This document shows, piece by piece, positions 17,901-25,356 of a DNA stretch of 40,000 nucleotides. The notes under the pieces were generated by a model. It was not told where the DNA came from, made no database searches, and was given only the letters and a program-made list of their open reading frames with translations. The stretch is from Pseudomonadota bacterium. Lineage in GTDB: Bacteria > Desulfobacterota > Desulfobacteria > Desulfobacterales > Desulfobacteraceae. The DNA is taken from positions 9,809 to 49,808 of the forward strand of contig JBDRQO010000041.1 of NCBI GenBank assembly GCA_043826275.1, read 5' to 3'. The first letter of the stretch is position 1. Each line of letters opens with the position of its first letter. Position numbers and translations under genes: made by a program.

Positions 17901-19604
17901 ATTGAACTCATTGTCTGTGGGTGGTTTTTGATACTGGATATAGTTGGCTGAAAATGCCCGGGAGCGCATGTCATATGTCAGTTCAATTTTAGGTACCTTG
18001 TTTTGCCTGATAAGAGCAGCCATTTTTTCAGAAAAGTCATTTGCATCTGCTGTATAAACTTTTGGGCGTAAAGAATACTCTGTCTTTTGAAATCCATCCT
18101 CGGTCGGCATTAATACAGTTTTGCTCAGGTCGCTACCGCCGGAATAGGTAACCAAAGAGCCATCTGCCCATTTTTCAAATAATTGAAGCATAGAATTTTT
18201 GTCACCGTCTTTGCTTGTTTCGCAGGAATACATGAGTATCCTGTTCTCACCCATGCTTTTCAAAGGTTGAAAATAGGTGATCCGGTCATAATCCTCATCT
18301 TTTTCAGTTCTAATGATGGTGTTGTCTGGATTGGCACTGCGTCCGCTATCAAGTGGGTCCTGGATGGATTGATAGGCGGCTGGTTCGTATTCTCCGGAAA
18401 GCTGCTGGGGTTTTGTCAATGTTTTTAAAAGACTTTTTGAACTGGCATAATTCTGGGCAGCTGCCGCCTTGATCTGTGCCACATCGGGAAGATCTCCCAA
18501 TGCTGCAAATGCATTGACTTCTTGGTCCATTTTGAGTTGAAGCGACTTTAGCAGGGCCGCACTTTGACCGGCACGCCGCATCAGTTCGTGGGAGGCTTCA
18601 GGATTTCCTACATATCGGGCCATCTGGGCCTGATTGATAAAATTGTCATACCCCTGGATAACCTTCATCATGGATGCTCTCAAAGATAAAATTTCTCCAA
18701 GGATAGGGGAGGCTGCATTCAGATAGGTGATGCAGGCATCTGCCGGAAAATCATAGATGGCTGCCCACTGGGCTTCAAATTTGTTTTTGGCTGCTGGCAC
18801 CATAGGGCCTAAAAGGTCTTCCATTGCTTTTTTGACAGCCGATACAGCGCCAAGATACTGAAGTTTGCTGAACTCACCCGGATTAAGCCTGGGGGTGATA
18901 ATGGACGCTTTGGCTGTTGTCAGCATGGAGGATAGCGGCGGCAGCGGCGGCATTTTCCTGAATGCAACAAGCTCCTCTTTTTCCGGTATCATGTTCTGCG
19001 GGATTGTTTCATCTAATTGTATTACAGGTTGTTGATCCACACCACCTATGGTTTTAGTGGTGTTCTTATCTGTTATCCTGTCGGTTTTGTTCTCCATGAC
19101 GGCTTTATCCGCCAGTGTTGCTGTTTGATTATCGGATACAAATTCAGCTGCCGCTGTTACAGGCTCTTTGTGGGTCGATGTCTGTGCAGAGGATGATTGT
19201 GAAGCGGTATCTGTAATGGTCGCCAGTGTTTTCTGATTTGAAACTGTTTTTTGGGTTTCCGTAAACGTCGGCTCTATTTTCCTCCCATTCCACTTTTTTG
19301 ATGGGGTGGCATTGTCGTATCCCCATTTTCCTGTAAATGAAGAGAAGTCACTGGAAAATACAAATTCCATCCGCCCTTTGGCATTGGTCTGTTTCCATGT
19401 TCCGGTCAGGGTGTTGCCCTGCAGGATACCGTCAATTTTACCGCCCTTGTAATGATATGATCCATTGACCTTGTTTCCGGTCATCTGCAATGACATTTCA
19501 CTGGAATCGGTTTGATAAACGCCTTGGATAGTGGTTTCAGCGGCAAAGGCCATTGTTCCAAATGACAGCAGCATCATGCAAAAGAGAGCAAGCAGATTTT
19601 TCAT
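14973..19604 (-). CDS. Giant secreted protein (1543 aa): shared N-terminal beta-rich domain, central charged coiled coil, unrecognised C-terminal region
   Basis: Signal peptide MKNLLALFCMMLLSFGTMAFA. Residues ~22-111 are paralogous to the upstream 292-aa gene. A long coiled coil sits near residues 830-1000 (AAQDKRQADKKAAEDSNKEKIANLKESLEF...ELEKELSDLKAQ). No catalytic motif is confidently recognised. Confidence 0.85.
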   Translation of the reverse strand: MKNLLALFCMMLLSFGTMAFAAETTIQGVYQTDSSEMSLQMTGNKVNGSYHYKGGKIDGILQGNTLTGTWKQTNAKGRMEFVFSSDFSSFTGKWGYDNATPSKKWNGRKIEPTFTETQKTVSNQKTLATITDTASQSSSAQTSTHKEPVTAAAEFVSDNQTATLADKAVMENKTDRITDKNTTKTIGGVDQQPVIQLDETIPQNMIPEKEELVAFRKMPPLPPLSSMLTTAKASIITPRLNPGEFSKLQYLGAVSAVKKAMEDLLGPMVPAAKNKFEAQWAAIYDFPADACITYLNAASPILGEILSLRASMMKVIQGYDNFINQAQMARYVGNPEASHELMRRAGQSAALLKSLQLKMDQEVNAFAALGDLPDVAQIKAAAAQNYASSKSLLKTLTKPQQLSGEYEPAAYQSIQDPLDSGRSANPDNTIIRTEKDEDYDRITYFQPLKSMGENRILMYSCETSKDGDKNSMLQLFEKWADGSLVTYSGGSDLSKTVLMPTEDGFQKTEYSLRPKVYTADANDFSEKMAALIRQNKVPKIELTYDMRSRAFSANYIQYQKPPTDNEFNWNTWESQVKKFQKEFLEEFDGERMAFETLAQQVLFPEAVPAEKIYWVLDRMEKITRPSQKISTLSLNERAIAEYTEMMKRKDGTTPFPQADSSRETDTSDTHMVNVDNRVVSDGAVIWDSFTIKNEISWGMPAPVIAQAGGSLKFTFSAIRDVSRPKVSSFMPASFSGIKATLYPSGLDGTGKYKGHVGNGVSAGLLSKHLTTGPGKVTQESELSLPLDPFFTETAIIELSCSADNIADLPSTGSAGLKLYYKRKIMSPDEAVALSEQMGENLEIIAKKNKAAQDKRQADKKAAEDSNKEKIANLKESLEFHADTVKYEQIRAQKINQELEKELSDLKAQGGVPTKDQKDRIAALQFNIITAKSNAISEQDRINELETGTYRRSETPFDAMCRVQFRQNIEKNIRKIEFIETQDELAQKYIEFLPEADRHQARETLQKIRDEAPDDPEKYQKLTNALKSKWQGSEEAKMAKTDEDLAWKEAQVSAIENIKTGSDVGMLACSMFGGPQAIALTYQFTTGWAEKDLLTGIKQSVTMYSDAVDVAWSTYDGYCQDGWSGAAKAGGASLLMNKGLPFLVGKMGKGSGGVDPGDIKIGKTAGNLSDAAKKADVVKPGMISSKPKIPKIDDVKAYKAELENAEKQVKGFVSDYHTWKKGVKAGLPDDEIKALHKKMIDSTAAINQNPAAKGYLKYNAPPATGRFFDKSLDEIHGDAQKQYYKTMKDAGYSDHEIFAIRNAASSGSTGMDFDQALKEQPDFIPFKNPDGSTSLKRNVWLTKNGKPASRHQWQVDAQKAWDDAYKNASNGQSAPRSWEKMTSRVDPEAYKQMAVLNISKDLSNVDEIMDSLDPKWVRQMSDVTMFKAGEMLKDKNLSRLAGVREACRGTAKDLDGKFLPFINTRLKQLKNVDPSKSTSSDKHNIKRLETALETFTKVKDGFNAIGKADIPPNQWDDVIKKSTGGKGIMQTVQDLSDLTNSLFM
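19272..19604. repeat. Copy A of a ~333-bp paralogous coding segment (signal peptide plus N-terminal domain)
   Basis: Hand alignment of residues 1-111 of the 1543-aa protein with the matching 111 residues of the 292-aa protein gives 74/111 identities with no gaps. Confidence 0.8.
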
Positions 19605-19646
19605 GGAATTTATGTTTTCCCTAAAGAGGTTTTTTAATAGAACAGA

Positions 19647-20495
19647 TTATCTTATCGGTATCAGCCAACGGGCAATTTCTTTTGTCCAACCCTTTGAAAG
19701 GTGAAAGTCAGCCTCTAAAAGATGATTTGGAAACATATACACGTCTTCAAATTCACCTTCAGTGCCTGGTGGTAATTCATAATCCCTGGTCTTGTTCAGT
19801 TTTACGCCTGTTGTACGTTCGGGTATATTGCTCATGCCGCTTACCGGATTTCTCCACTGCAGCTGGCTGAAGATACGTGCGGAGTCTTCTTCATTACCCA
19901 GATTTTTAACCCTTACTCGAAGGATTGCGTAAAAATGGCCGTTTTTGGGTTCATTGATATACTGATCAGTCCTTTTCAGGCTGAGCAGTGTGACTTCAAG
20001 ATCTCCATACATGGCTGTCTGACCCGGCTTGAACAGGCCCTGTTCGTCCTGGATTGTTTTGATGGTTTCAGTTTCAGGTTCGGGTTTTCCCTCAGGCGGC
20101 ACAACTGTGTTTTCTGAGACAACAACGGGTTGCTCAGGTGAAGACGCTTCAGGGAGCGTGACACCGATTTTTCGGCCGTCCCACTTTGAAGATGGAATGG
20201 CATCATTGTAGTTCCATTTTCCGATAAAGGAAGAGAAATCATCCGCAAATACGAATTTCAGCCGTCCTTTGGCATTGGTTTGAATCCATGTTCCGGTAAG
20301 GGTATTTCCATGCAGGATTCCATCAATTTTACCACCTTTATAGTCATATGTTCCAATGACCTGGTCTCCGTTTAACTGTAATGACATTTCACTGAAATCG
20401 GTTTTATAAATACCTTCGATAGAGGCTTGGACATCATGGGGCATTGTTCCAAAAGACAGCAGCAATAGACAACTGATTATGAGCAGATTTTTCAT
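19647..20495 (-). CDS. Secreted protein: N-terminal domain shared with the giant protein plus C-terminal DUF4352-like Ig-fold domain
   Basis: The track ORF starts at a TTG at 20525. I trimmed it to the ATG at 20495 (MKNLLIISCLLLLSFGTM...) by analogy with the paralogue; the ATG at 20501 is also possible. The C-terminal GDLEVTLLSLKRTD...GHFYAILRVRVKNLGNEE...ELPPGTEGEFEDVYMFP pattern resembles DUF4352. Confidence 0.8.
   Translation of the reverse strand: MKNLLIISCLLLLSFGTMPHDVQASIEGIYKTDFSEMSLQLNGDQVIGTYDYKGGKIDGILHGNTLTGTWIQTNAKGRLKFVFADDFSSFIGKWNYNDAIPSSKWDGRKIGVTLPEASSPEQPVVVSENTVVPPEGKPEPETETIKTIQDEQGLFKPGQTAMYGDLEVTLLSLKRTDQYINEPKNGHFYAILRVRVKNLGNEEDSARIFSQLQWRNPVSGMSNIPERTTGVKLNKTRDYELPPGTEGEFEDVYMFPNHLLEADFHLSKGWTKEIARWLIPIR
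20163..20495. repeat. Copy B of the ~333-bp paralogous coding segment
   Basis: Same alignment as copy A. Shared blocks are SEMSLQ, YKGGKIDGIL, GNTLTGTW, QTNAKGR, DFSSF and GKW. Confidence 0.8.
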
Positions 20496-20792
20496 GGACA
20501 TGAACTTTGGTCTCTCTTTAGACAATAGTAAATGTTAATAATTCGGTTTGATAGAACCATAATATGATTTTCACTGAATTTTTCAAGCCAAATGTTTTAA
20601 AAGCCTATTTTAAAGCTTTATATTGATCACTTTTGGGGATCACTCAAGACAGATAAAAGCTTTGTGAGTTTGAAAGTTTTGATTATAACTTGCCTGTTTT
20701 CTTTTCAAACACTGAATCTCCATGGTAATGATTATCTGGGTCGGCGTGAAGACAGGATCTGCCGGAAAGAATTTCATTCACGGATTTAAATG

Positions 20793-20822
20793 ATGACAAC
20801 CCAATTAAATTATTACTATAAT
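20793..20822 (+). promoter_or_regulatory. Possible sigma-70-type promoter for glpD
   Basis: ATGACA (20793-20798), an 18-nt spacer, then TATAAT (20817-20822), about 45 nt upstream of the glpD ATG. The region is AT-rich, so a chance match is plausible. Confidence 0.3.
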
Positions 20823-20866
20823 AAAAACACCCCAGACAGGGTATTCAATAATAGGAAGATACAAGC

Positions 20867-22444
20867 ATGCAACGAGATTTTCTACTCAACCGGCTCAAAC
20901 AGAACCCGGATAAACAATGGGATATTGTTGTTATCGGTGGTGGGGCAACAGGTCTTGGTATCGCAGTTGATGCGGCATCAAGGGGATATGAAACCGTACT
21001 TTTCGAACAATCAGATTTTGCCAAAGGGACATCCAGCAGGAGCACCAAACTGGTTCACGGCGGGGTTCGCTACCTTGCCCAGGGAGACGTTTCCCTTGTG
21101 CTTGAAGCATTACACGAAAGAGGATTGCTGCGCCAAAACGCTCCCCATCTTGTAAAAAATCAGGCGTTTATCATTCCCAATTATGACTGGTGGGAGGGGC
21201 CATTTTACAATATCGGCATGAAGGTCTATGACATGATGGCAGGCCGTCTGGGACTTGGGCCATCAGAGAAAATCTCCAGAGAAGAGACCATAAAGGCCAT
21301 TCCCAACCTGGATGAAAATCACCTGAATGGGGGGGTTATTTATTATGACGGCCAGTTTGATGACAGCAGGCTGGCTATAAATCTGGCACAGACAGCCGTG
21401 GAAAATGAGGCTATTGTTCTCAATTACATGACAGTCACAGGTCTTCTTAAGGACAGACACAGTCTATTGTGCGGGGTTGAAGTGACGGACGTTGAATCCG
21501 GGGACAATTATACGGTTCGCTCAAAAGTGGTCATCAACGCCACTGGTGTTTTTGTTGATAATATTCTGTCCATGGATGATGCCGGGGCCGATGCTCTGGT
21601 AAGGCCGAGCCAGGGTATTCATTTTGTCCTGGACAAGTCGTTTCTCCAGGGGGATTCTGCCATCATGATTCCAAAAACATCTGACGGCAGGGTTTTGTTT
21701 GCAGTTCCCTGGCATGGTAAAGTGGTGGTCGGCACCACAGATACCCCTCTGGAACCGGGAGAAATAAGTCTTGAGCCCAGAGCCCTGGAAGAAGAAATTA
21801 ATTTTATACTGACAACAGCAGCCCGGTATCTTAAAAAAATTCCACAAAAAAAGGATGTGCTCAGTGTGTTTGCAGGGTTAAGGCCCCTGGCTGCCCAACA
21901 GGACGGTCAGACTCAGAGCACAAAGGAAATTTCAAGGAGTCATCGACTCATGGTTTCTGTGTCCGGTCTGATTACCATCACCGGTGGCAAGTGGACCACC
22001 TACAGGAAGATGGCTGAAGACACGGTTAATAAGGCCTGGATGGTGGGAGGGCTGCCTCAAAGGAAATGTGTCACCGAGACCATGCCCATCCATGGATATG
22101 TAAAAAACACCTGTTTTGATTCACCCGGTTATTATTATGGCTCTGACCGGAGTGCTATCAACGGCATGATCCAGACCAAGCCGGATCTTGGCCAATTGCT
22201 GCATCCTGATTATGAATATACACGGGCCCTGGTGGTCTGGGCCGTCCACAATGAAATGGCGCGCACTGTAGAAGATTTTTTGTCCCGAAGAATACGGATG
22301 CTCCTGCTGGATGCCAGGGCCAGCATGGCCATGGCTCCGGAAGTAGCGGATATTATGGCCCGGGAACTCAAACGCGATCCTGCATGGATACAGGCCCAGG
22401 TGACCGGCTACCTGGCATTGGCTAAAGGGTATATTCTAAGCTGA
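20867..22444 (+). CDS. glpD: FAD-dependent glycerol-3-phosphate dehydrogenase
   Basis: N-terminal dinucleotide-binding fold DIVVIGGGATGLGIAVDAASRG, then GTSSRSTKLVHGGVRYL and ITGGKWTTYR, typical of GlpD. AGGAAG lies upstream of the ATG. Confidence 0.93.
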   Translation: MQRDFLLNRLKQNPDKQWDIVVIGGGATGLGIAVDAASRGYETVLFEQSDFAKGTSSRSTKLVHGGVRYLAQGDVSLVLEALHERGLLRQNAPHLVKNQAFIIPNYDWWEGPFYNIGMKVYDMMAGRLGLGPSEKISREETIKAIPNLDENHLNGGVIYYDGQFDDSRLAINLAQTAVENEAIVLNYMTVTGLLKDRHSLLCGVEVTDVESGDNYTVRSKVVINATGVFVDNILSMDDAGADALVRPSQGIHFVLDKSFLQGDSAIMIPKTSDGRVLFAVPWHGKVVVGTTDTPLEPGEISLEPRALEEEINFILTTAARYLKKIPQKKDVLSVFAGLRPLAAQQDGQTQSTKEISRSHRLMVSVSGLITITGGKWTTYRKMAEDTVNKAWMVGGLPQRKCVTETMPIHGYVKNTCFDSPGYYYGSDRSAINGMIQTKPDLGQLLHPDYEYTRALVVWAVHNEMARTVEDFLSRRIRMLLLDARASMAMAPEVADIMARELKRDPAWIQAQVTGYLALAKGYILS

Positions 22445-22568
22445 AACCATCATGATTTACTCAGCGCCACTGCGATCCTCAGCAATGCAAACCCGCAGCA
22501 GTTAACGGCATTCAGCGTGATTGCTCGTACTGCTGATATTTTACCTTATAAAAGTTATCGTCCCGGGC

Positions 22569-22597
22569 TTGACCTTGCATTTTCAGTCAAGTATGTT
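22569..22597 (+). promoter_or_regulatory. Possible sigma-70-type promoter for the MscS-family gene
   Basis: TTGACC (22569-22574), a 17-nt spacer, then TATGTT (22592-22597), about 100 nt upstream of the ATG at 22700. CTTGAC and GTCAAG form a 6-bp inverted repeat within it. Confidence 0.3.
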
Positions 22598-22699
22598 GAT
22601 CCCTTATCAAGGTGTATACATAAAACCGGATAAAATCGGACAAGAGGGACGGCAGTGACCTTTGTTTCAGTCAATACCATTTAATTAAGAGGAAATTTC

Positions 22700-23584
22700 A
22701 TGTTAACGAATTTTAAATCCCAGATTGATATTCAGGCCCTGATAAATCAGGTGGTTGCTTATATCCCGAATTTATTGAGCGCCGGTATCCTGCTTTTTCT
22801 GTTCTGGTCGGCAAACAAGATTATTCAGAAAATGTTTGACTCAACCCTGACCCGAATGAAGGTTGAAACTCAGTCCATCAATCTGCTCCTTCGTGCTGCA
22901 CGGTTCGGGGTTTATATATTTGCAATCCTGACCATTGCCGACCAGCTGCAGATCAATATCAAATCCCTGCTGGCAGGGGTCGGTGTCATGGGACTTGCCA
23001 TATCCTTTGCTGCCCAGGACACGGTGGGAAACATGATTTCCGGTATTGTCATCATCATTGACAGACCCTTTAAGGAAGGAGACTGGATTGCCCTGGGAGA
23101 TATGCAGGCAACCGTAACATCCATAAGATTGCGGACAACAGTGCTCACTACCTTTGACAATGAGACGGTTGTTGTTCCTAACAAACAGATTTCCCAGGAA
23201 CGGGTGATCAATTTTACCATGATGCCGAAAATTCGTGTAAAAATCCCCATCGGCATTGCGTACAAGGAAAAGATTTCTGAGGCCAGAACCGTTCTTTTGG
23301 AAACCGTTAAAGAAGATAATCGAATATTGTCGAATCCTGCCCCGATTGTAATCGTAAACAATCTGGGAGACAGCAGTGTCAACCTTCAATTGCGGTTCTG
23401 GATTCAAAACTCGGCAGAGCAGTATGCATTTTTCTGGGAATATACTGAAAAATGCAAAGATGCCCTGGACAGGGCTGGTATTGAAATCCCATTTCCCCAT
23501 CTCCAGTTGTTTGTGGAAAAAACAAAAGGAATAGAGCTGCTGGCATCATCACCCATGGCTAGCCCAAAACCTTTCCAGGGATAA
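22700..23584 (+). CDS. Mechanosensitive ion channel, MscS family
   Basis: Three N-terminal TM helices, then the conserved pore and beta-domain region AQDTVGNMISGIVIIIDRPFKEGDWIALGDMQATVTSIRLRTTVLTTFDNETVVVPN. Confidence 0.9.
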   Translation: MLTNFKSQIDIQALINQVVAYIPNLLSAGILLFLFWSANKIIQKMFDSTLTRMKVETQSINLLLRAARFGVYIFAILTIADQLQINIKSLLAGVGVMGLAISFAAQDTVGNMISGIVIIIDRPFKEGDWIALGDMQATVTSIRLRTTVLTTFDNETVVVPNKQISQERVINFTMMPKIRVKIPIGIAYKEKISEARTVLLETVKEDNRILSNPAPIVIVNNLGDSSVNLQLRFWIQNSAEQYAFFWEYTEKCKDALDRAGIEIPFPHLQLFVEKTKGIELLASSPMASPKPFQG

Positions 23585-23593
23585 ATTTGTTTT

Positions 23594-24658
23594 CTATAGC
23601 CAGCGTTTTCGTTTAAAATACACAAGTAAGGCGCCTGCTATGGCAATCAGGACTCCCCAGAAAATAAAGTAACTGTATTTATAGTGCAGCTCAGGCAGAT
23701 ACTCAAAGTTGGTGCCGTAGATACCGGCGATGAATGTAAGGGGAATGAAGATGGCGGCAAAAATGGTGAGAACCTTCATGATATCATTCATTTTATTTGC
23801 CATTACGGAATTGTAAATATTCAACTGATCGGTTAAAAGATCCCGGTAGGTGTCAATGGCTTCTGTTGCCTGGCTGCTCAGGTCCTCAAGGTCCTTTAGA
23901 AAGGGCATGGTCTGTTCGCAAAACAGTTCACTGTCCAGCCGTGACATATGAAGGATGGCCTCTCTTGCCGGCCGGATGGATTTTCGCAAGTAATTGATTT
24001 CTCTTTTAAACGCATTGATTTTTTCCATGACAGAAGTGTCATCACCTGCAAGGATTTCTTCCTCCAGGTCTTCAATTTTTTCTCCGATCAGTTCAATGAT
24101 GTAAATGTAATTATCCACAACCGTATCTAACAGTGCATAGGCAAGGTAATCGGTTCCAGATCCCCTGATGCGCGATTTGGGTCTCCGGATTCTTTCCCTG
24201 ACCGGTTCAAACACATCTCCGGTCTGTTCCTGAAAAGTGATTAAAAATTTATCTCCCAGAATGATACTCAATTGCTCGTTGCGTATCATCTCGGTTTCGG
24301 TGTCAAACCGTATCATTTTGAGCACAATGAAAATATAGGCATCAAATTCTTCTATTTTTGGTCTCTGGCCTGTATTCAGGATATCTTCCATCACAAGGGG
24401 ATGCAAATCAAAGGCCTGGCCCACATCCCTTATTTTCTCAGTATCATGCAGGCCGTTAATGTTGAGCCATGTCACGGTATTTGTTTCTTTAAAATGAGAC
24501 CCGTCTTTAATATCAGACAATTCCTTATCCGTCAGGGTCTTTGAATCATAATCAATGACCCGTGCCTGTACAGAGTCCATTTTCTGATTCCCGATAAAGA
24601 TAAGCGCACCCGGGCTCTGGCCTTTGACAGCTGTTCGTTTTTCTAAAAATCGTGCCAA
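23594..24658 (-). CDS. corA: CorA-family divalent cation transporter (GTN variant of the GMN motif)
   Basis: TTG start at 24658 with AAGGAGG 7 nt upstream. The C-terminus [22 protein letters not shown]...VYFKRKRWL closely parallels T. maritima and E. coli CorA (YGMNF...YFKRKxWL). Thr (ACC, rc of 23711-23713) replaces Met. Confidence 0.9.
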   Translation of the reverse strand: [354 protein letters not shown]

Positions 24659-25218
24659 AAAGAACCTCCTTTTTCACCCCGTCTCTATGATGGTTTGATT
24701 CGAATCAGGCTTCAGGGTCAGTGTGCCGTATCCATGCGTCTGGAACAGAATGACTTACGATATCACCTGCTTTAATGCAAATCAAGAGAAGAAACTGCAC
24801 CTGCATGTGCGAAGCGTTCATTCACAAGCCTCGGGACTTTCAATAATCGTCCGGGTTTTTTATTTCAGCATTGAGGGAGAAAAAATCTATGAAAAAAATC
24901 TTTATATGCAGTAATTTCAGCCAGGAAATCTATGGGTTGGCCTGGAGGGACTGATACCATTTATCCCACAATGATACATTTTTTTTAATAAAAACAACTT
25001 TACTTCGGTCAAAATTAAATGATGAAGAATTATATTTTTTGATGTATCGAGTTGAATACTGGACGGAAAGAAATAGTAATAGAATGTTACATAAAGTTCA
25101 TAATTTTTATAACATATTTTTCATAGTTTTACAGATGGATCAAATATATACAAGATTATTTTATTATAAATATCTTTAAATTTAAAATACTTATGGTATT
25201 ATTTTATTGATACGACAA

Positions 25219-25235
25219 TGGCATGGTTTGTGCAT
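25219..25235 (+). promoter_or_regulatory. Sigma-54 (-24/-12) promoter candidate upstream of the PEP-CTERM gene
   Basis: TGGCATGgtttGTGCAT compared with the consensus TGGCACG-N4-TTGCW. GG and GC have the exact spacing. It lies ~120 nt upstream of the ATG at 25357. Confidence 0.5.
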
Positions 25236-25356
25236 ATTGATCATCCTGAATTTGATAATTAACAAAATAAGACAAACCTTCTGTGAAGTATATATGAGAT
25301 GCCAAAGAGGTTTTATGAAAAAGAATAGAGTTGTGGAAAATATTAGGAGATTTTTT

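Noticed and set aside
1-20525. Whether the large cluster is a mobile or genomic island, a polymorphic toxin locus, or a T6SS or phage-derived element
   Set aside because: No integrase, transposase, tRNA target, flanking direct repeats, RHS/PAAR/VgrG/Hcp, immunity-like small genes or phage structural genes are visible. Composition looks similar to the neighbouring housekeeping genes.
20625-20644. Direct repeat GATCACT-N6-GATCACT in the divergent glpD / cluster promoter region
   Set aside because: Only 7 bp is repeated once, at a 13-nt period. This is plausible by chance, and I know of no supporting symmetry or regulator motif.
22841-23500. 219-aa and 156-aa minus-strand ORFs antisense to the MscS-family gene
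   Set aside because: The plus frame has the conserved MscS core. The antisense translations are low-complexity with no RBS.
24820-24875. Possible terminator-like hairpin followed by a T-run upstream of corA
   Set aside because: Only about 4 bp can pair (GGAC/GTCC), which is not a credible stem.
25207-25356. 50-codon upstream extension of the PEP-CTERM ORF
   Set aside because: The extension has no signal-peptide character. The ATG at 25357 has AGGAGA at ideal spacing and starts a classic signal peptide. The extension would also bury the sigma-54 promoter match.
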